From an uncultured Candidatus Binatia bacterium (GTDB lineage: Bacteria > Desulfobacterota > Binatia > UBA9968 > JAJDTQ01), in NCBI GenBank assembly GCA_965215605.1, contig OZ244070.1, positions 2,976,001-3,040,000 of the forward strand: 64,000 nucleotides of DNA. Reading direction: 5' to 3'. Each line of letters opens with the position of its first letter. The first letter of the stretch is position 1. Of this stretch, positions 1-8,233 are shown in pieces. Under the pieces are notes generated by a model that had not been told where the DNA came from, ran no database searches, and worked only from the letters and a program-made list of their open reading frames with translations. The translations under genes and the position numbers were made by a program.

Positions 1-759
1 AACGACTGGCTCATCGAATACTGCCAGGTGGACCTGGACCGGCTGGTGGGCGTGCCGATGATCGCCACCTTCAACATCGACCATGCGGTGGCGGAGTTGG
101 AGCGTTGCAAGAAGGCGGGGCTCCGGGGAGCGCTGATATGGCAGGTGCCGCCGACGGAGTTGTCCTTCGCAACCGACCATTACGAGCGCTTCTGGGCCGC
201 CGCCCAGGAGATGGAGATGCCTGTCAGCGTCCACATCCTCACGGGCTTCGGCTATGTCAAGACGCGCTACGACCGCAAGGGCCTGGAACGCTACCGGGGC
301 AGCGTCAACCTCAAGCTGGCGGAAATCATCGACAGCCTGATGGACATCATCTTCTCGGGCGTGCTGGAACGCTACCCGCGCCTGAAGATGGTGCTGGTGG
401 AGAACGAGATCGGCTGGCTGCCCTACGTGCTGGAGCAGTGGGACTACTACTTCGACCGCCACCGCCCCACGGACCCGCTGACCATCGACAAGCTGCCCAC
501 CGAGTACTTCAACCGGCAGGTCTTCGCCACCTTCTTCAACGACGCCGTGGGCGCCCGCAACCTGGTCTGGTGGGGGCACGACAACTGCATGTGGTCCAAC
601 GACTTCCCCCACGCCAACTCCACCTGGCCGCACTCGCGGGACGTGGTGGCGCGGGACCTCGGCCACCTGCCGGACGACGTGCGCGCCAAGCTGCTGCGGG
701 ACAACGTCGCCCGGCTGTACAATATGCCGGTGCCCGCGGCCATGACCGTGGGGGTGTAA
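1..759 (+). CDS. Amidohydrolase family protein (amidohydro_2 type), 5' part outside window
   Basis: Frame open from base 1; motifs SVHILTG, GVLERYPRLKMVLVENEIGW, MWSNDFPH, DNVARLY. Confidence 0.85.
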   Translation, partial: NDWLIEYCQVDLDRLVGVPMIATFNIDHAVAELERCKKAGLRGALIWQVPPTELSFATDHYERFWAAAQEMEMPVSVHILTGFGYVKTRYDRKGLERYRGSVNLKLAEIIDSLMDIIFSGVLERYPRLKMVLVENEIGWLPYVLEQWDYYFDRHRPTDPLTIDKLPTEYFNRQVFATFFNDAVGARNLVWWGHDNCMWSNDFPHANSTWPHSRDVVARDLGHLPDDVRAKLLRDNVARLYNMPVPAAMTVGV

Positions 760-773
760 TCCCCCGCCGCCCC

Positions 774-820
774 TGGATTCCCGCTTTCACGGGAATGACG
801 GAAGGGGGGCGGGAATGACG
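774..820. repeat. REP-like palindromic element TGGATTCCCGCTTTCACGGGAATGACG plus a second half copy GCGGGAATGACG
   Basis: ATTCCCG-N6-CGGGAAT inverted repeat between convergent genes; 3' half repeated at 809-820. Confidence 0.7.
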
Positions 821-848
821 TTTTGGGGTTCGGCGGCGGCGCGCTGCG

Positions 849-2324
849 TCAGAGTGTATCCGAAGCGGCGTGAGTCTTGCGCAGGGCCAGCGAGAAGCCC
901 GGCTTGCGGATGTAGACTTGGGTGTACTCTTTCTGCTTCGTGAGTTCGTTGATGAGCCGCACCAGCGGCTGGCTCGCGCTCAGATACTCACGGGGCCGTC
1001 CGGCGTTCTGCAACTCCTCCACCGCCTCATCCCCCGCGAACACGCGTAGTATCAGCTCTTCATCGGAAATGGAGGAACTGCCGAGTTGCGCCCGCACCTC
1101 CGGCAGTGTCGGCTCCGGCTGCTGCCAGCCTTCCCAGTCCTTGGCCCGGGGCCGGCCGAGGATGCGGTCCTTGACGTCGGGGTCCATGAGCTCGGCGCCT
1201 TCCCGGCCCCAGATGCCCAGGGCGTACTGGATGGACTGGTCCGAGACCTGCTTGTAGCGTTCGCCGAGGATGATGTTGAAGGCCGCCTGGGTGCCGACGA
1301 ACTGGGACAGCGGCGTCACCATGATGGGATAGCCCCACTCGGCGCGTATCCGCGCGGCCTCCTCCAGCGCCGCCGGCAGCTTGTCCTCCATACCCACCAG
1401 GCGGAGCTGGTGCACGAAGTTGGAGATCATGCCGCCGGGCACCTGGTGGGCGTAGACGGACTGGTCGAAGGCCGCGGGCGCGCCCATCGGCAGCCGGTCC
1501 CGTTTGGCGACGAAGGTGAAGTGTTCCTTTACGGGCTTCAGCACCTCCTCGTCCACCGGCACCGTGTAACCCAGGGCCCGGAGGTTCTGCGCCATGTTGA
1601 AGACCGAAGGCTGGGCCGAGCCGTTGGCCAGAGGCGGCACGCCGGTGTGGATGGTGGTCATGCCGAGCTTGATGGCCTCGATGTAGTTGAGCGGCGCCAG
1701 TCCGTTGTTGCAGTGGGCGTGGAACTCCACCGGCGTGTCGCCGACGTTCTCCAGCACGATGGGCACCAGGGTCCGCGTGCGCTCTGGAGTGAGCAGGCCG
1801 CCCACGTCCTTGAAGCAGATGCGGTAGGGATTCATGGCCGCGGCCTCCCGGGCCTTCCGCGCGTAGTATTCGTCGGTGTGTCTGGGCGACTCCGAGTAGA
1901 TCAGGTTCACGACCGCGTCCACGCCCAGCCTGCCCAGCTCGTCCACGTCGTCCTTGAACACGGTGTAGTCGTTCCAGGGATTCGACGTGCGGGTCAGCCG
2001 GATGCCGCTGTCCACCACGTGCTGGACCACGAGCCGCGCCACCGCCGTGGGCTTCTTCTCCAGCCCGCCCTTCACGCCCCCGTGAAGCCGGAGCGGGGTG
2101 TTGCGCGCGCGCCGGGCACCCTCCCGCAGCCAGTGCCAAGGGTCCTCCTTGTGCTCGCGCACGTACTTCTTGATCATGGTGGCGCTGAAGAACTCCATGG
2201 ACTCGAAGCCCGCCTCGTCCATGCGCTCGATGGCTTCGAGCATGGCCGCGGTCTTCATGTTGAAAGCCCAGAGGCTCTGGTTGCCGTCGCGCAGCGTGGT
2301 GTCCACGAATCTAACGTCGCTCAT
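849..2324 (-). CDS. Pyruvate/oxaloacetate carboxyltransferase-like protein (OadA/PycB/transcarboxylase 5S type, no biotinyl domain), copy C
   Basis: True start MSDVRFVDTTLRDGNQSL at 2324 with GAGGAG RBS; DRE-TIM motif RDGNQS, ICFKDVGG, HAH metal ligands, HQVPGGMISN, GYPIMVTPLSQFVG. Confidence 0.88.
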   Translation of the reverse strand: MSDVRFVDTTLRDGNQSLWAFNMKTAAMLEAIERMDEAGFESMEFFSATMIKKYVREHKEDPWHWLREGARRARNTPLRLHGGVKGGLEKKPTAVARLVVQHVVDSGIRLTRTSNPWNDYTVFKDDVDELGRLGVDAVVNLIYSESPRHTDEYYARKAREAAAMNPYRICFKDVGGLLTPERTRTLVPIVLENVGDTPVEFHAHCNNGLAPLNYIEAIKLGMTTIHTGVPPLANGSAQPSVFNMAQNLRALGYTVPVDEEVLKPVKEHFTFVAKRDRLPMGAPAAFDQSVYAHQVPGGMISNFVHQLRLVGMEDKLPAALEEAARIRAEWGYPIMVTPLSQFVGTQAAFNIILGERYKQVSDQSIQYALGIWGREGAELMDPDVKDRILGRPRAKDWEGWQQPEPTLPEVRAQLGSSSISDEELILRVFAGDEAVEELQNAGRPREYLSASQPLVRLINELTKQKEYTQVYIRKPGFSLALRKTHAASDTL

Positions 2325-2332
2325 GGATCTCC

Positions 2333-3820
2333 TCAGGCGGCGGCCTCGTCCGCCGCGTCTCCGTCGGCGTTCCGTCCCAGGGTGAGGGAGAAGCCGGGCT
2401 TGCGGATGTAGACCTGGGTGTATTCCTGCTGCCGGGTGAGCTCGTTGACGAGCCGCACCAGCGGCTGGCTCGCGCTCAGGTACTCCCGGGGCCGGCCGGC
2501 GTTCTGCAGCGCCTCCACCGCCTCGTCCCCCGCGTACACCCGCATGATCAGTTCCTCGTCGGACATGGACGGGCCACCGAGCTGCGCCCGGACCTCCTCG
2601 AGCGACGGGTCGGGCTGCTCCCAGTTCTCCCAGGCCCTGGCCCGCGGCCGCCCCAGGATGCGGTCCTTCACGTCCGGGTCCATGTACTCGGCGCCCTGCC
2701 GGCCCCAGATGCCCAGGGCGTACTGGATGGACTGGTCGGTGACCTGCTTGTAGCGCTCGCCCATGATGACGTTGATGGCCGCCTGGGTGCCGACGAACTG
2801 GGACAGCGGCGTCACCATGATGGGATAGCCCCACTCGGCACGCACACGCGCGGCCTCCTCCAGCGCCGCCGGCAGCTTGTCCTCCATGCCCACCATGCGG
2901 AGCTGGTGCACGAAGTTGGAGATCATGCCGCCGGGCACCTGGTGGGCATAGACGGACTGGTCGAAGGCCGCGGGCGCGCCCATGGGCAGCCCGTCCCTTT
3001 TGGCCACGAAGGTGAAATGCTCCCGCACCGGCTTGAGCGCTTCCTCGTCCACCTCTACCGTGTGGCCCATGGCGCGCACGTTCCTGAGCATGTTGAAGAT
3101 CGAGGGCTGGGCCGAACCGTTGGCCAGGGGCGGCACGCTGGTGTGGATGGTGGTCATGCCGAGCTTGATGGCTTCCAGGTAGTTGAGCGGCGCCAGCCCG
3201 TTGTTGCAGTGGGCGTGGAACTCCACCGGGATGTCGCCGATGTTTTCCAGCACGATGGGCACCAGCGTGCGGGTGCGTTCCGGAGTCAGCATTCCGCCCA
3301 CGTCCTTGAAGCAGATGCGGTAGGGCTTCAGGGCGGCGGCTTCCCGGGCCTTCTGGGCGTAGTACTCGTCGGTGTGCCGCGGCGATACCGAGTAGATGAT
3401 GTTCGCCACGGCATCCATGCCGAGCTCGCGCAGGTCGTCCACCTCCTGCTTGAACACCGAGTAGTCGTTCCACGGGTTGGAGTTGCGCGTCAGACGGATG
3501 CCGTTGTCCACCAGGTGACTGACCACCAGCTTGGCCACCGACGTGGGCTTCTTCTCCAGCCCGCCCCGGATGCTGCCGTGCATCCGCAGCGGGGTGTTGC
3601 GGGCGCGCCGTGTGCCTTCCCGGATCCAGCGCCACGGGTTCTCCTTGTGCTCGCGCACGTACTTCTTGATCATGGTGGCGCTGAAGAACTCCATGGACTC
3701 GAAGCCCGCCCGGTCCATGCCCTCGATGGCCTCCAGCATGGCCCCGGTCCTCATGTTGTAGGCCCACAGGCTCTGGTTGCCGTCCCGCAGCGTGGTGTCC
3801 ACGAAAGTGACGTCGCTCAT
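2333..3820 (-). CDS. Pyruvate/oxaloacetate carboxyltransferase-like protein, copy B
   Basis: 495 aa; same motifs as copy C; no MKM biotinylation motif. Confidence 0.88.
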   Translation of the reverse strand: MSDVTFVDTTLRDGNQSLWAYNMRTGAMLEAIEGMDRAGFESMEFFSATMIKKYVREHKENPWRWIREGTRRARNTPLRMHGSIRGGLEKKPTSVAKLVVSHLVDNGIRLTRNSNPWNDYSVFKQEVDDLRELGMDAVANIIYSVSPRHTDEYYAQKAREAAALKPYRICFKDVGGMLTPERTRTLVPIVLENIGDIPVEFHAHCNNGLAPLNYLEAIKLGMTTIHTSVPPLANGSAQPSIFNMLRNVRAMGHTVEVDEEALKPVREHFTFVAKRDGLPMGAPAAFDQSVYAHQVPGGMISNFVHQLRMVGMEDKLPAALEEAARVRAEWGYPIMVTPLSQFVGTQAAINVIMGERYKQVTDQSIQYALGIWGRQGAEYMDPDVKDRILGRPRARAWENWEQPDPSLEEVRAQLGGPSMSDEELIMRVYAGDEAVEALQNAGRPREYLSASQPLVRLVNELTRQQEYTQVYIRKPGFSLTLGRNADGDAADEAAA

Positions 3821-3830
3821 GCGTTCGTCC

Positions 3831-5318
3831 TCAGACCGCGGCCCCGCCGGCCGTGTCTCCGTTGGCGCTCCGTCCCAGGGTGAGGGAGAACCCCGGCTTG
3901 CGGATGTACACCTGGGTGTATTCCTTCTGTTTGGTCAGCTCGTTGATGAGCCGCACCAGCGGCTGCCGCGCGCTCAGGTATTCCCGCGGCCGGCCGGACT
4001 CCATCATGGTCTTGACCTCGTCCACGCCGGCGTAGACCCGCAGTACCAGCTCCTCGTCCGAGATCGAGGGTCCGCCCAACTGGGACCGGAGCTCCGCCAG
4101 CGACGGCTCGGGCTGCTCCCATTCGGTCCACGCCTTGGCCCGGGGCCGGCCCAGGATCTTGTCCTTGACGTCGGGGTCCATGAGTTCGGCGCCCTCGCGG
4201 CCCCAGATGCCCAGGGCGTACTGGATGGACTGGTCCGCCACCTCCTTGTAGCGCTCTCCGAGGATGACGTTGAAGGCCGCTTGGGTGCCCACGAACTGGG
4301 ACAGGGGCGTCACCATGATGGGGTAGCCCCACTCGGCGCGCACCCGGGCGGCCTCCTCCAGGGCCGCCGGCAGCTTGTCCTCCATGCCCACGAGCTTGAG
4401 CTGGTGCACGAAGTTGGAGATCATGCCGCCGGGCACCTGGTGCAGGTACTGCCCGTGGTTGTATTCCACGGGCTTGCCGATGGGGAGCCCGTCGCGCTTG
4501 GCCACGTAGGTGAAGTGCTCCTCCACCGGCCGCAGCGCCTCCTCGTTCACCAGTGGCGTATGGCCCGTGGCGCGGATGTTCCGCACCATGTTGAAGATGG
4601 AGGGCTGCGCCGACGCGTTGGCCAGCGGCGGCACGCTGGTGTGGATGGTGGTCATGCCGAGTTCGATGGCCTCCAGGTAGTTGAGAGGCGCCAGGCCGTT
4701 GTTGCAGTGGGCGTGGAACTCCACCGGGGTGTCGCCGATGTTCTCAAGCACCAGCGGCACCAGGGAGCGGGTGCGCTCGGGGGTGAGCAGCCCGCCCACG
4801 TCCTTGAAGCAGATGCGGTAGGGCTTGATGGCCGCGGCTTCCCGCGCCTTCTGGGCATAGTACTCGTCGGTGTGACGCGGCGACACCGAGTAGATCAGGT
4901 TCGCCACCGTCTCCATCCCCAGCTCGCGCAACCCCTTCACCTCTTCGCCGAAGACCTCGTAGTCGTTCCAGGAGTTGGAGGTGCGCGTGAGCGTGATGCC
5001 GCTGTCCACCACCTTCTGGATGATGAGCTTCAGGATCGACGCCGGCTTCTTCTCAAGCCCTCCCTTGAGTCCGCCGTGGAGCCGCAGCTCGGTCTTGCGG
5101 AGCCGCTTGGTGCCCTCCCGCAGCCACTCCCAGGGGTTCTCCTTGTGCTCCCGGACGTACTTCTTGAACATGTTGGTAACGAAGAACTCCATGGACTCGA
5201 AGCCCGCCTGGTCCATCTGCTCGGCGGTCTCCACCATGGCCGCCGTCTTCATGTTGAGCGCCCAAAGGCTCTGGTTGCCGTCCCGGAGGGTCGTATCGAT
5301 GAATCGGATCTCGCTCAT
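3831..5318 (-). CDS. Pyruvate/oxaloacetate carboxyltransferase-like protein, copy A
   Basis: Start MSEIRFIDTTLRDGNQSL at 5318 (GGAGA RBS); same motifs as copies B and C. Confidence 0.88.
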   Translation of the reverse strand: MSEIRFIDTTLRDGNQSLWALNMKTAAMVETAEQMDQAGFESMEFFVTNMFKKYVREHKENPWEWLREGTKRLRKTELRLHGGLKGGLEKKPASILKLIIQKVVDSGITLTRTSNSWNDYEVFGEEVKGLRELGMETVANLIYSVSPRHTDEYYAQKAREAAAIKPYRICFKDVGGLLTPERTRSLVPLVLENIGDTPVEFHAHCNNGLAPLNYLEAIELGMTTIHTSVPPLANASAQPSIFNMVRNIRATGHTPLVNEEALRPVEEHFTYVAKRDGLPIGKPVEYNHGQYLHQVPGGMISNFVHQLKLVGMEDKLPAALEEAARVRAEWGYPIMVTPLSQFVGTQAAFNVILGERYKEVADQSIQYALGIWGREGAELMDPDVKDKILGRPRAKAWTEWEQPEPSLAELRSQLGGPSISDEELVLRVYAGVDEVKTMMESGRPREYLSARQPLVRLINELTKQKEYTQVYIRKPGFSLTLGRSANGDTAGGAAV

Positions 5319-5459
5319 GGGGTCTCCCGAATGAAAACTGGTGCGGTGTTCCATATTGGCCGGTGTTGTTGCATACCGGCCAGTGTCAACTGCTCATAGT
5401 GGCGTGAATGCGGAAACGGGTCAAGGCGGCCCTTGAACCCCCCAGGGAAGGAATACGCG

Positions 5460-6791
5460 GTGGCAACACAGGAAACTCTTCCGGTGGAGGAACGCCTCGT
5501 CGCGCTGCTTCGGCGCCTGGGCATCGGCAAGGCCCACGTAGCGGCCTACCTGCCCGGTGACTGGAGCGGGTTGCTGGAACGGCACCCGTCGACGGTGGCG
5601 TCGCTGACCCTGATATGCCCACGGGGCATGAGGACCGACGTGCTGCGTCCCCATGCCGGGCGGCTGCTCATCGTGTCGGGCGACGGGGGCAACGTCGTGG
5701 CCGACCTGATGCGTGCGGTGGACGGGCTTCCCGGCGCCGCCCTGACCATGTTGCGGGACTACTTCAGCCCCATGTGGGCCGACGTCATGGCGGACCGCAC
5801 CGGCGAGGTCGAGTCGGCCATGCTGGATTTCCTATCGCTGCGGGACAAGGAGGGTCCGCTTCCACGCGTGCAACTCCCCGAAGGGGAGGGAGAGGAGGCC
5901 GGCGTCTCCTACACGGTGCGGGGCTCGGGGCCGCCGCTGCTGCTGTTTCCGCTGGGGTTGGCAGCTTCGCAGTGGGACCCGGTGCTGCCGGCGCTCGCCG
6001 AGCGCTATACCACCATCACCCTGGGCGGCGCGTATCTGGGCATGGTGGCGTTCCTGGAAACCCGCGGCCCCGGATACCTCCGGGCGGTGCGGGGCGTGGT
6101 GGACGAGGTCGGCCTGGAGCCCGGTCAGACCGTCCTGGAGGTGGGCTGCGGTGCCGGCACGGTGGCGCGCTGGCTGGCCCGCTACACCGGGAAGCGCAAT
6201 CCCATCGTGGGTGCGGACATCAACCACTATCTGCTTCGCGAGGCCGCGAAGCTGGCGGCGGGCGAGGGACTCGATGGCGTCATCGAGTGGCAAAGCGCCA
6301 ACGGCGAGGAGTTGCCGTTTGCCGACGGGCGGTTCGACGCCACGCTGGCCTTCACGGTCATGGAAGAGGGGGCCGCCGACGCCATGCTGGCGCAGTTCGC
6401 GCGGGTCACCCGGCCCGGCGGCAAGGTGGCGGTGATCGTCCGCTCCCTGGACATGCCCTGGTGGGTCAACCTGCAGCTGCGGCCGGAGCTCAAGCACAAG
6501 GCCCAGACTGGCTACGGCGACGTGGTGGAGGGCGGCTGCGCGGACGCGAGCCTCTACGAACGCATGGAACGGGCCGGGCTCGTGGACGTGGTCATGCTGC
6601 CGCAGTATGCCACCTACGCGTCGGGGGAGCGGCTGCAACAGCAGCAGGAACGCATGGCCAGCCGGCTGACCCCCGAGGAAGCGGGGGAGTGGCGTGATGC
6701 CATCGCCGCCGCCGGCAACCAGTTCTTCATCTCTCAGCCGTTCCACTCGGCGGTGGGAAGGGTCAAGCCGGCATCTTCGCCGGGTGGTTGA
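5460..6791 (+). CDS. Class I SAM-dependent methyltransferase fused to a degenerate alpha/beta-hydrolase-like N-terminal region
   Basis: C-terminal VLEVGCGAG, GADIN, LPFADGRFDA, RVTRPGG; N-terminal LGIGKAHV..HPSTVASLTL and GSGPPLLLF..WDPVLPALAERY; probable GTG start at 5460 after AAGGA. Confidence 0.75.
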   Translation: MATQETLPVEERLVALLRRLGIGKAHVAAYLPGDWSGLLERHPSTVASLTLICPRGMRTDVLRPHAGRLLIVSGDGGNVVADLMRAVDGLPGAALTMLRDYFSPMWADVMADRTGEVESAMLDFLSLRDKEGPLPRVQLPEGEGEEAGVSYTVRGSGPPLLLFPLGLAASQWDPVLPALAERYTTITLGGAYLGMVAFLETRGPGYLRAVRGVVDEVGLEPGQTVLEVGCGAGTVARWLARYTGKRNPIVGADINHYLLREAAKLAAGEGLDGVIEWQSANGEELPFADGRFDATLAFTVMEEGAADAMLAQFARVTRPGGKVAVIVRSLDMPWWVNLQLRPELKHKAQTGYGDVVEGGCADASLYERMERAGLVDVVMLPQYATYASGERLQQQQERMASRLTPEEAGEWRDAIAAAGNQFFISQPFHSAVGRVKPASSPGG

Positions 6792-7726
6792 CAGGCGCGT
6801 CCGGATACACCATATGCTGTGGTCGTGTCGTTATTCACCACAATAGGAAGGACACGGCGCTGTTCGTGAGCGTGTCCGCGTCGCGAAGCCGCCGGGCGGC
6901 TACCTGGGCGGCGCTTGGTCTGTCGGCGCTTCTGGTCCTGCTGACGTCCGGCCCCACTTGGTCCGCGGAAGCCGCCGTTCATCTGGAGGGCCCGAAGATA
7001 CAGGGCGGCCTGGTGCGCGGACGCGTGGCGCCGGGTTCCACCGTGAAATTCGAGGGCGAGCGGGTTCGGGTCTCGAAGGACGGCTGGTTCCTCATCGGGT
7101 TCGGGCGCGACGCGCCGCCGAAAGCCGTGCTGTCGGTGACCTTTCCGGACGGCCGCAGCCAGCACTACGGTCTGGCGGTGAAGCCCCGCAAATACCGCAT
7201 CCAGCGTATCGATGGTCTGCCGTCGCGCAAGGTGACCCCCAATGAGGAAGACCTCAGGCGCATCCGCAAGGAGGTCGCCCTGGTGAGGCGGGCGCGCAAG
7301 GTGGACGACGCGCGGACGGACTTCCTCGGCGGCTTTCACTGGCCGGTGAAGGGCAGGATCAGCGGCGTCTACGGCTCCCAGCGCGTCCTGAACGGCGAGC
7401 CGCGCCGGCCCCACTACGGCATCGACATCGCCGCGCCCAAGGGCACCCGGGTGATGGCACCCGCCGCCGGCGTGGTCACCCTCGTCCACCGCGACATGTA
7501 CTTCTCCGGCGGCACCATGATCGTCGACCACGGCCACGGCCTCTCGTCCGCGTTCCTCCACCTGTCGCGCATCCTCGTGAAGAAAGGCCAGCGGGTGAAG
7601 CAGGGACAGCCCATCGCCGAGGTCGGCTCCACCGGCCGCTCCACCGGCCCTCATCTCGACTGGCGCATCAACCTGTTCGGCCGCCGCCTGGACGCGGCGC
7701 TACTGGTGGGGCCGATGCCCAAGTGA
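6788..7726 (+). CDS. M23 family metallopeptidase, exported (true start probably ~6860-6870)
   Basis: HYGIDIAA, DHGHG, STGPHLDW motifs; hydrophobic signal segment. Confidence 0.9.
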   Translation: MTGASGYTICCGRVVIHHNRKDTALFVSVSASRSRRAATWAALGLSALLVLLTSGPTWSAEAAVHLEGPKIQGGLVRGRVAPGSTVKFEGERVRVSKDGWFLIGFGRDAPPKAVLSVTFPDGRSQHYGLAVKPRKYRIQRIDGLPSRKVTPNEEDLRRIRKEVALVRRARKVDDARTDFLGGFHWPVKGRISGVYGSQRVLNGEPRRPHYGIDIAAPKGTRVMAPAAGVVTLVHRDMYFSGGTMIVDHGHGLSSAFLHLSRILVKKGQRVKQGQPIAEVGSTGRSTGPHLDWRINLFGRRLDAALLVGPMPK

Positions 7727-7765
7727 AATTTGGAAGGTGACGAGAGGAAGCAGTTGCGTTACACG

Positions 7766-8233
7766 CTATAAATGGAGCGCTTTGGTCAGCGGGTCTCCAC
7801 ACTTGATCAGCACGGTAACCTTTCGTTGTCCTCGCAGTTGGATTTTTCTGGAGCGAAGCACCTTGAGGTCGTTTCTGTGGATGGTCTTGCCGTGCGCCAG
7901 GACCGGCACGAAGTGGAACGATATTCCCTCCGGGAGCCAGTTGTGAGCCGAGTCCGTGCCCCCCTCAAGTTGTTCCAACACCTCAGCGGCTTTCAGTCCA
8001 CCGCTCTTCAACTCGATGGGCGCTATCCAGGTGGCGTCGCCTCTTTCTCCGAGGAAGAGGTAGTCACACCGTTTCTGTTGGCGCGGGAGTTCCAGCCCGT
8101 CGCAGTCCATGTCCACCAAGAGACGTGTCTCCGGTGCGCCCTTCAGGTCCACCCGGCATCTGTCCTTGTTGCAGTGAATGGCATGACAGCAACCGGGAAC
8201 GCGGCCGGCCACCGCCGCCACCGTTCCACTCAT
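7766..8233 (-). CDS. Hypothetical protein, possible PD-(D/E)xK nuclease fold
   Basis: 155 aa; KRCDYLF...APIELKSG resembles D..ExK; start overlaps the ATPase stop (ATGA). Confidence 0.55.
   Translation of the reverse strand: MSGTVAAVAGRVPGCCHAIHCNKDRCRVDLKGAPETRLLVDMDCDGLELPRQQKRCDYLFLGERGDATWIAPIELKSGGLKAAEVLEQLEGGTDSAHNWLPEGISFHFVPVLAHGKTIHRNDLKVLRSRKIQLRGQRKVTVLIKCGDPLTKALHL

Noticed and set aside
849-3767. 972-aa ORF suggesting a giant fusion or programmed frameshift between carboxyltransferase copies
   Set aside because: Its first half is an off-frame, stop-free shadow of copy B with low-complexity G/R/A/P sequence; copy C has its own RBS and ATG at 2324
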